Source: Bdellovibrio sp.
GTDB taxonomy: Bacteria; Bdellovibrionota; Bdellovibrionia; Bdellovibrionales; Bdellovibrionaceae
DNA: 31,260 bases
Direction: 5' to 3'
NCBI GenBank assembly: GCA_043741885.1
Contig: JAYTZS010000172.1
Coordinates: forward strand, 1-31,260
Shown here: in pieces, positions 24,510-31,260 of the stretch
Layout: each line of letters begins with the position of its first letter
Position numbering within the stretch: the first letter of the stretch is position 1
Made by a program: the position numbers and the translations under genes
The notes under the pieces: generated by a model
What the model was told of the DNA's origin: nothing
Database searches by the model: none
Seen by the model: only the letters and a program-made list of their open reading frames with translations

Positions 24510-26616
24510 AAAAAGCGTCGGAGTTTGGTTCTCGTCCTAAAAATTGCCGTAAAAGCTCAATCGCATCCTGCATATTCCCCTGCTCCAAAATGACTTTCCG
24601 GTATTTGGCGCCTTCAGCCGCGTTGGTGAGATCGTCCGCAGGAAACTGCGAAAACATATCTTGAGCGTACACTCCGGACCACAGGTATCCATAATAGCCG
24701 GCATCGTAGCCGCCCATCAAATGCCCAAAGCCCGCAGCAAACTGATTTCCAGCTAAGGGCTCCTGCCCAACGATTTGGCGGTAAAGCTCATTATAGATTT
24801 CAGTCACATTTACTTTTGAATTTTCAGTGTGAATCTTCAAATCGAACAACGAATACAAAAGCTGTTTGGTGTAGTCAGCTCCCTGTTGAAAATTACGGAC
24901 CGCAATCATCTTAGTCAAAAGATCATCGGACAGCTTTTGTTCGGGATGCAAATAATGTCCCGAAACCCGGCTCAAAATTTTTGGATTCCAAACCCAATTT
25001 TCAAGCATTTGTGATGGTGCCTCAACAAAATCTTGTGCCACACTTGCGCCGGACAGACTGGCGTATGGGGCCTTGGTCAAAGTTTGGTGCATGATATGGC
25101 CGAACTCATGAAAGAAGGTTTCTACTTCATCATGAGTTAATAACGAAGGTTTTGTGCCTGATGGTGGAGTGAAGTTTGCGACAATGGATGAAGCAGGCAG
25201 ACTGTAAATTCCTTTGCCTAAAAGACGGCCCGATATCAGAGAAAAGGCCGCTGCGTGACCATACTTTCCTGGACGGGGCACCAAATCAGTGTAGAAATGA
25301 CCGATCAAACGGCAATCACTGGCATCGTGAATTTCGTAAAGTTTCACTCCGTCAGCCCAAACTTTCGCAGTTTTCACTTCGATAAATTTGACTCCAAGCA
25401 ATTGCGAGTAAACATCAAATATACCTGCGACCACAGTGCTCGCTGGGAAATACTCGCGAATCTTTTCGTTATCCAGACTGTAATCTCGTTTTTGCAGTTG
25501 GTTTCGCAGGTATGTCGAATCCCATGGATTCACCGAAGTCGATCCCGGCTCAAATTGTTTTTTGAAATCTAGCAACTGAGCTTGGTCTTGTCGGTTGCGG
25601 ACAATCAACTTGTTTTTCAAGTTCATTAGAAATTTCAAAGCAGTGTCACTGTTTTTGGCCATTTGTGGAGCAATTCGATAATCAGCCCAGTTTTTAAATC
25701 CTATAATGGTAGCAATTTGACTTCGCAAGAAAACAGCTTCTTCGAGCAACTGAGTGTTCGCTGCGCCGCCGCGGTTCAAGTAAGCAATCATCATTTGGTG
25801 ACGAGTCTCTGAAACAGAAACATTCTCCATCAGATCGCCGTAATCTGTACTTTTCGTTGTCACAACAAATTTTCCGTCTGCCGTTTTTTCTAAGCGAGCC
25901 AGAAAATCAGGTTGAGCTCCGCGAAGCTGCTCTAAACTGAAAGTCACTGAAGTGTTGTCTAAATTCAAATTGGTCGAATACTGATTTTCTTTCGTTGATA
26001 GCTGAGATTTTAGGTCCTTAACCTGGGCCAAGGCAGAGTCAGATAACTTCAAACCATTTTGTTCAAAAACTCGCAAAGTTTGTGAAAGCAAACGGCTTTG
26101 CGCTGGAGCGGAGGTTTTTTGACTCGACAAAATATTGTACAAAGGTCGGCGAGTAAAAATATCAACGCTGTACTGCCCAATTTTCTGTTCGCAATCGGAG
26201 GCCTCTGCGCTGACAGCCGTGTCTGTTGAGACATATCCCATAAAAGTCAATGGAGTGGATTCATCTGAAAAATCGGCCAAAATGGTTTCGAACTCAAGCA
26301 AAGTGCTTTTAATATTTTGTTTTTCCGACGGTAGCGCAATCAAAGCGGCCAATCTCTCCTCAGTGTGTGAAATTGCTTTTTCACAAAGAGCGGTTACTTC
26401 ACCAACTCGGTAAGCTGGTCGAATTGGCTCCAGCCCTCCTTGCAACGAGCAAGAGATGGAAGCCTTTGTGCTACCACTCAAAACTGGAGTCGAATTCGGC
26501 TTGAAAATTTGCGAAGATATTTTTGAAGCCTCTTTTGAACTCTGGGTGCAGCTGACCACAAAAGTCGCAAGAAATACCAAGCCAGAAGCGAAAAAAGCCA
26601 TTTTTTGCGCAGACAT
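24490..26616 (-). CDS. M3A family metallopeptidase (thimet oligopeptidase-like) with lipoprotein signal
   Basis: FFHEFGHIMH zinc motif, DFVEAPSQMLENW, FGHLMGGYDAGYYGYLWS, RPGKYGHAA; N-terminal lipobox FVVSC. Confidence 0.9.
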   Translation of the reverse strand: MSAQKMAFFASGLVFLATFVVSCTQSSKEASKISSQIFKPNSTPVLSGSTKASISCSLQGGLEPIRPAYRVGEVTALCEKAISHTEERLAALIALPSEKQNIKSTLLEFETILADFSDESTPLTFMGYVSTDTAVSAEASDCEQKIGQYSVDIFTRRPLYNILSSQKTSAPAQSRLLSQTLRVFEQNGLKLSDSALAQVKDLKSQLSTKENQYSTNLNLDNTSVTFSLEQLRGAQPDFLARLEKTADGKFVVTTKSTDYGDLMENVSVSETRHQMMIAYLNRGGAANTQLLEEAVFLRSQIATIIGFKNWADYRIAPQMAKNSDTALKFLMNLKNKLIVRNRQDQAQLLDFKKQFEPGSTSVNPWDSTYLRNQLQKRDYSLDNEKIREYFPASTVVAGIFDVYSQLLGVKFIEVKTAKVWADGVKLYEIHDASDCRLIGHFYTDLVPRPGKYGHAAAFSLISGRLLGKGIYSLPASSIVANFTPPSGTKPSLLTHDEVETFFHEFGHIMHQTLTKAPYASLSGASVAQDFVEAPSQMLENWVWNPKILSRVSGHYLHPEQKLSDDLLTKMIAVRNFQQGADYTKQLLYSLFDLKIHTENSKVNVTEIYNELYRQIVGQEPLAGNQFAAGFGHLMGGYDAGYYGYLWSGVYAQDMFSQFPADDLTNAAEGAKYRKVILEQGNMQDAIELLRQFLGREPNSDAFFKKLGL

Positions 26617-26795
26617 TTGCACTGAGACCTCGCGATCGATTAGAAATTTTGACACCACCATCAAGGATGGAAAGCTCTGAGACTTCCACTAGAGCAAAGC
26701 ATGTGCCGTTACATGCTTTGTTATTCGAAGGAGTTTGATTGTCAATTCAAAGGACAGTTCCTAAACTATATAGAGAAATATTTTGAGGACTCTTT

Positions 26796-27656
26796 ATGGA
26801 AATCAGCCCAGCCGACCAAATTTTTATCGATCAAGCTTCGGATTTTTTTCAGAATCCAGGGCCCCTCGTGCAAAGCCTCAACTGGATCGGCAAGCCAGTA
26901 GAAAAGCTAGCTGAACGTTTGCCTGAAAAGGTACGGAATTTGATTACATCTGCCACTCAAAAAGCAATTGGAAAGGCTTTGGTAGCGGCCGTCCAAAGCT
27001 TCCCACAAAGCCATTCGCTCGAAGCGGCATTCCTACCAAGTGACGGCGAGCAGATCGAAAAATCTTCTCTTCTGTCTTCGTGGGCCCACAAAGCCTCAAC
27101 CACTTTCACTGGCGCAGTTAGCGGTTTTTTTGGAATTGCCGCACTTCCTGTCGAGCTTCCAATCACAACTGTTTTGATCCTTCGAGGAATTCTCGATCAG
27201 GCTCGGCTTTATGGCGAAGATGTGCAGGATTTAGAAACTCGAATGGAGTGCCTCATGGTTTTTGCTCTTGGGACAAACAACTCTAAAGAAGACTCGATGG
27301 AGTCGAGCTATTTCACAGCTAGGGCGGCGCATGCCCAGGCTGTTCGCCAAGCGGCCCAGTACATCACCAAGCTGTCCAGCAAAGAATTGGTTGAGGCTCT
27401 AGAAAGAGGATCTGCTCCGGCCGTGCTTCGCTTGATCGCGCAGATTGCTCAGGCCTTTGAAATTCGAGTGACACAGAAAATGGTCGCTGACGTTGTGCCG
27501 ATTTTAGGTGCCGTCACTGGAGGCGCCGTGAACTTTGCCTTCACTGATTTTTATTGCCGGGCCGCTCGATTTCACTTTGGCGTCCGAGCCTTAGAGAAAA
27601 AATACGGAATTGATTCGATTCAAGATCTAATGAAACAAAAAATGCAGCTGCATTGA
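26796..27656 (+). CDS. EcsC family protein
   Basis: GAVSGFFG..ALPVELP.TT, ECLMVFALG, SYF..R, VPILGAVTGGAVN..F, FHFGVRALEKKYG. Confidence 0.85.
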   Translation: MEISPADQIFIDQASDFFQNPGPLVQSLNWIGKPVEKLAERLPEKVRNLITSATQKAIGKALVAAVQSFPQSHSLEAAFLPSDGEQIEKSSLLSSWAHKASTTFTGAVSGFFGIAALPVELPITTVLILRGILDQARLYGEDVQDLETRMECLMVFALGTNNSKEDSMESSYFTARAAHAQAVRQAAQYITKLSSKELVEALERGSAPAVLRLIAQIAQAFEIRVTQKMVADVVPILGAVTGGAVNFAFTDFYCRAARFHFGVRALEKKYGIDSIQDLMKQKMQLH

Positions 27657-27688
27657 GATATCTAACCTTAACCTACACCTTAACCGGA

Positions 27689-28207
27689 TCAATTCGGGTC
27701 GTTTGAGAAGGCTCTGTCCTTGATAATCCGGTCTGGAAGCACATGAGCGGGAATCGCCGTCCCACTCCAGCTGAGATTTTGGTAGGAACCCATTCTCACT
27801 TTGACTGAGCTCACTTGGACATCAATGATTGAATTAAAATTTTCTTTAGCTGCTAAGAAAGCCAATCGCAAAATTGTTTCATCTCGGTCGGAACAGGCTT
27901 CAACTTTGACCGGATCGACAAATCGTTTGATCAGCCGAGTCTCTTTGCTTTGTTTTTTGTAGTAAACATCAATTTGTTTTGCTTTTAACATGGTCTGTTT
28001 GTAGGCGGCAAGCTCAGGCTCTACCTTTTCATTAAAGCATGGGGGGCAATAGGTCGAATGAGTCAATTCATTTGGAACTTCGGGAAGGAAGGAAAAAGTT
28101 TCTTCCTCGACAAATTGAGCACAGTATTTACAAACGGCGCTATGACAAAAACCGCATTGTAAAGTCGGCTTTGGTTTAAAACATGAGATACAGACTGACT
28201 TTTCCAT
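27689..28207 (-). CDS. Hypothetical protein: 8-Cys zinc finger fused to a YbjQ/UPF0145-like domain
   Basis: CISC-x8-CGFC-x4-CKYC-x24-CPPC; C-terminal RDETILRLAFLAAKENFNSIIDV...SGTAI. Confidence 0.75.
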   Translation of the reverse strand: MEKSVCISCFKPKPTLQCGFCHSAVCKYCAQFVEEETFSFLPEVPNELTHSTYCPPCFNEKVEPELAAYKQTMLKAKQIDVYYKKQSKETRLIKRFVDPVKVEACSDRDETILRLAFLAAKENFNSIIDVQVSSVKVRMGSYQNLSWSGTAIPAHVLPDRIIKDRAFSNDPN

Positions 28208-28363
28208 AAGATTGGGATAACATATCTTCGGCCCAGAGAGGACTTCGAATCTTGGTTCTTTGCAATTCTTTCAGTTCCTGGACTCCCCGACCAACCGCCT
28301 GAAAACCCTCTGTTTTGGCGGCAATTTTCTGTCAAACTTCAGAGCCCGTGCTAACCTAACAGG

Positions 28364-28915
28364 GTGACAAAGCAGACACTTCCCTTTCTCAGTCTCTTTC
28401 TTTTTACTTTGTGCCTTTCTGCCTCCGTTCAGGCTAGCTATTTTCTTGGCTTCAGCGGCTCTCATTTGAATCTCGAGTACAAGAGCGTTCGCACAGGGAC
28501 TTTCGAAGCAGAGACAAAAGGTTATATTGAGCTTGCCGGCTTTGGTGGAGGCTACAGCACGATGGCTCCCGGCGCCGGCGGTTATGAGTTAGGACTTGGA
28601 TTTTTAGGCACCAATGCAATCAATGTTGAGCCGAAAACAGATTGGCATACCACCTGGTTCTACCGGCTGTCAGGAAAAGTAAACTACACTTTTTCATTTG
28701 GTCTGTTTTTCACAACTGGGGCTGATGTGCTTGTTTCTTTCTACCAAGATGGAGAAAGTCACTATCTGGGAGTCGGCGCTTTGCTGGGAATTGGTTACCG
28801 AATTGACGAACATTCGTCAGTTTCTTTGAGCAACGTCAACAGTTCAATTCTGTTTGCCGGTGACAACTATCGAGCTTTGCGTGGGCAGACATTGGACTTG
28901 ATCTACTCTTTTTAG
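28364..28915 (+). CDS. Small outer-membrane beta-barrel protein
   Basis: Signal peptide ending VQA, about eight amphipathic strands, C-terminal beta-signal LDLIYSF. Confidence 0.7.
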   Translation: MTKQTLPFLSLFLFTLCLSASVQASYFLGFSGSHLNLEYKSVRTGTFEAETKGYIELAGFGGGYSTMAPGAGGYELGLGFLGTNAINVEPKTDWHTTWFYRLSGKVNYTFSFGLFFTTGADVLVSFYQDGESHYLGVGALLGIGYRIDEHSSVSLSNVNSSILFAGDNYRALRGQTLDLIYSF

Positions 28916-28944
28916 AACTTAGATTTTTAATTGGTATTGATTGT

Positions 28945-29230
28945 TCGTGGAAGAAGACATCCTGTCTATCGAGGACTCTGTCCTCGAGCTCCTGCTTCTC
29001 CCGGTCATCGTGACCGGGAGACTTAAAGACAAAGAGAATTTGTGATGCGTTGTTTGAGATGCTAAGAAAATTTGAGATAGAACGAAAAGTTGAGAACGTA
29101 AGAAAAGCTTGAATTTAAGATCGGATCGACCCTGGATGGTCGACCGAATGCTGAGATATGGAGACGCACAGCCTCCATCTGGCAGGATGCCACCTCTTGC
29201 CTCAGATACCTCTAGAAATTACGGGAGAAC
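28945..29230 (-). repeat. Composite palindromic repeat, copy 2 (module A 29230-29115, module B 29035-28945)
   Basis: Reverse complement matches 19330-19558: module B 89/91 identical, module A about 14 substitutions plus 1 indel in about 116 nt (hand count). The spacer is longer than in copy 1. Confidence 0.9.
29053..29106. repeat. Three degenerate 18-bp tandem repeats inside the copy 2 spacer
   Basis: TTTGAGATGCTAAGAAAA / TTTGAGATAGAACGAAAA / GTTGAGAACGTAAGAAAA. Confidence 0.55.
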
Positions 29231-29233
29231 CAT

Positions 29234-29476
29234 TCAGCTACCTGAATTTTTGAGTGGGGTAAAAAGTGATTCCAATCCGTTGAGCTTGATCTCATAAAGC
29301 TGAGTTAATAAACGTCCCAACTCCCCTTCTGGAAAACCCTGAGTGTAAAACCAAACAACATAGGGTTCAGGCAAATCAATCAGAACCCAGCCTTTGAATT
29401 TTCCAAATGGCATCTGCATATTGGCAATCTTCACGAGATCAGACAAATTGGGGATGGGCTGATTTGGCAAGCTCAA
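29234..29476 (-). CDS. DUF3820 family protein
   Basis: MPFGKFKG..LIDLPEPYVVWF..QGFPEGELG.LL..LYEIKLNGLE.L. The TTG start overlaps the upstream TGA (TTGA). Confidence 0.9.
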   Translation of the reverse strand: MSLPNQPIPNLSDLVKIANMQMPFGKFKGWVLIDLPEPYVVWFYTQGFPEGELGRLLTQLYEIKLNGLESLFTPLKNSGS

Positions 29477-30459
29477 ATTGTGAGCCCTATTGTGAATGTC
29501 AGGGCAGGAACTCCTTCATAGCCTTTTGCATTCAGAAAATCCAAATGTGGAGTGATGCGATAATCAAGCATTTTGCGATACAGCAGGTGACTCCATGACA
29601 TACTCAAACTGTAACTGTCCAAGCGATAGGACGGTTGGTTCACCGAGCCGAAAATCAGATTGTAAGACAGAGATGAGCGGTCTGTAACCCCCTGTCCGAA
29701 TGAAAATCCATTGGTAACCGAAAACAGATGCGTTTTATCGTCGTACTCTCCTTCATTGATCAAAGTGAGTGAAAAAATATGTGACAATTGAAAATGCACA
29801 TTCATTGAAGGGAAAAAGCCGGTCCCTCTATCAGGATTGGCAAAAAATTCAAGCTTAGGCGTTATGTCTGAGTTTTGATAATTCGCAGAACTTTCGAAAC
29901 TGAGTGAGTGTGATACTTTGAGAGGGTTTTGCAGCCCAATCCGAGGCTGAAAGGCAGTGCGAACATTTCCCAATTTTCGAAACAACCCGAGAGTCGCACC
30001 ATAATTTCTTTCTCGGGGAACCGTTCGAAGATCACCACGCTGGATGCCTTTTCTGTCTTCGTTTTCGTCATAATTGCTAAATTTCAATTGCCAATATTCT
30101 TCTAAATTAGGCAACCGCAAATTGACATTGATGCTGCCGGAATTGGAAACACCCTCTCTCTCAACCACAAAGGTTGAACTTTCAATTCGTACATTGGTTT
30201 CATTTTGCCGAGTCGTCAGTTTCTTGCCCGTCAAAAACAGATCAACTTTTTCAGCCAGCGTATCTAACCACTCCGAAACTGCAATGTTACCTACAATAAA
30301 TTTCTGTTCCCAACTTTTATTGGATTTTTCAGCTTCTTTGGCTTGTTCTGCATCTTGCAATGTAGCTGCGGCCTCTTCCTGAGCCCACGCCCGTAAGCTC
30401 AGCGAAACTGAAAAAAAAGTCAGGGCAAAAAGCACCAGGGCTCGAACCAATTTTACCAA
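29473..30459 (-). CDS. Hypothetical exported protein, probable outer-membrane beta-barrel
   Basis: Signal peptide ending AWA, N-terminal helix, then many amphipathic strands ending LTFTIGLTI. Confidence 0.7.
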   Translation of the reverse strand: MVKLVRALVLFALTFFSVSLSLRAWAQEEAAATLQDAEQAKEAEKSNKSWEQKFIVGNIAVSEWLDTLAEKVDLFLTGKKLTTRQNETNVRIESSTFVVEREGVSNSGSINVNLRLPNLEEYWQLKFSNYDENEDRKGIQRGDLRTVPRERNYGATLGLFRKLGNVRTAFQPRIGLQNPLKVSHSLSFESSANYQNSDITPKLEFFANPDRGTGFFPSMNVHFQLSHIFSLTLINEGEYDDKTHLFSVTNGFSFGQGVTDRSSLSYNLIFGSVNQPSYRLDSYSLSMSWSHLLYRKMLDYRITPHLDFLNAKGYEGVPALTFTIGLTI

Positions 30460-30547
30460 ACGAACTCCAAATTAAATCCATCTGTTTCGGTATGGATTTC
30501 TATTGAACTTCCCCCAGTATCGACTCTAATCTTTCTGAATGCAAAAC

Positions 30548-31204
30548 ATGAAACAATTTCTCCTGATCAATTTTTTTATCACTTTCATTTTTTTTGCTCA
30601 GCACAGTTTTGCTTATGATCCAAAAGAAGGGAATATCTCAGCTATGCTGGGACCTCTAGTTTACCAAACTGCTTTTCATGGCGGACCCGACGACAGGACT
30701 TCACCATTGCTTGGAGGACTTGCCCTGATTGTCATGGGAGATGTCAGTGATCACGGAAACTTAGAAATTTCGATGTTTCATCTGAATAAAATTTATTACC
30801 GAGAGTTCCAGGGCGACTTTTTAGCCGAAGAAACAGAATTGATTCATATCTCGATGGGATATCGATATTGGATCAATCCGTATTTCTCAACTGCCCTTGC
30901 CTTTTCTTCCGGTTATGCGATCGGTGATCCCAGAGTACTTTCCAGTCGGATTGTAACTGGGCACGAAATGGATACTTCGGCTAGAGATCTGACTGAATAT
31001 GGATTTGATTTCTCGGTACAGGGCCAGTTGTGGAGCAATGGCGTGATGGCTATCCTATTGGATGCCCGCTACACTTTATCAGTGACGAACAAAGAAGGCG
31101 AACATGGAGACCATTATGGAATGCTGCTGGGCTTTCGCTACTTTGTCCAGGAAAAGCAATCTCATGAAAGACCTCTGACTTCACCAAAAACGGGAACTCC
31201 TTAA
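30548..31204 (+). CDS. Hypothetical outer-membrane beta-barrel protein
   Basis: Signal peptide ending SFA; strands HISMGYRYW, YGFDFSVQ, LLDARYTL, YGMLLGFRYF. The start could be 30539. Confidence 0.7.
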   Translation: MKQFLLINFFITFIFFAQHSFAYDPKEGNISAMLGPLVYQTAFHGGPDDRTSPLLGGLALIVMGDVSDHGNLEISMFHLNKIYYREFQGDFLAEETELIHISMGYRYWINPYFSTALAFSSGYAIGDPRVLSSRIVTGHEMDTSARDLTEYGFDFSVQGQLWSNGVMAILLDARYTLSVTNKEGEHGDHYGMLLGFRYFVQEKQSHERPLTSPKTGTP

Positions 31205-31260
31205 GTTTAGTTTATATGCCTGGCATTTTGCCTAAAGAAAACCGTCAGATAAACTAAAGA

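Noticed and set aside
28180-28335. Open minus-strand frames upstream of the Zn-finger gene (e.g. KIAAKTEGFQAVGRGVQELKEL...)
   Set aside because: No start codon with RBS and no family I can recognise; cannot be supported without a search.
29160-29177. GGAGACGCACAGCCTCC resembles the GACGCAAAGCCUCC segment of c-di-GMP-I (GEMM) riboswitches
   Set aside because: There is no upstream GGCAAAC or GNRA-capped stem, and the element lies 3' of convergent genes rather than in a leader.
166-30382. Numerous short antisense or overlapping ORFs in the six-frame track (e.g. 7102-7470, 9014-9397, 14246-14548, 19714-20079, 30074-30382)
   Set aside because: They are shadows of well-supported genes on another frame or strand, with no RBS or motifs.
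31206-31258. 10-bp inverted repeat TTTAGTTTAT/ATAAACTAAA after the last gene
   Set aside because: AT-rich arms with a 33-nt spacer at the window edge; cannot be told apart from chance.

Overview
This is a gene-dense bacterial chromosomal window with no rRNA, tRNA, CRISPR array or intact transposase/integrase. Its many signal-peptide beta-barrels, lipoproteins and small hypothetical proteins suggest a Bdellovibrionota-like Gram-negative; that is inference, not a database result. Recognisable genes are a CoA-binding protein, cardiolipin synthase, two ABC-F ATPases, a Zn-dependent alcohol dehydrogenase, GlsB/YeaQ, a Gcr-like membrane protein, hflX coupled to a GreA/GreB-like gene, a DTW (TapT-like) protein, DUF2959, a YprB-like exonuclease, YaiI/YqxD, proBA, a rhomboid, a lipoprotein M3A peptidase, EcsC and DUF3820. 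Several things are not shown by the ORF track. (1) A composite multi-hairpin repeat occurs twice in inverted orientation (19330-19558 and 28945-29230), each copy between convergent genes, with REP-like units. (2) Six sigma54-like -24/-12 motifs lie upstream of small or exported proteins. (3) Four decayed genes are present (pirin, JmjC cupin, a secreted protein, a P-loop ATPase), three apparently gutted by internal or 5' deletion. (4) Active sites look altered: an HxK-to-HxR change in cardiolipin synthase and a fully degenerate second ATPase site in the YbiT/YkpA-like ABC-F. (5) Uncharacterised modules include a TPR-like lipoprotein plus TraF/PorV-like barrel operon and a FYVE-spaced Zn finger fused to a YbjQ-like domain. 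Family calls come from motif recognition by eye. Start codons were adjusted where an RBS or family N-terminus supports it.
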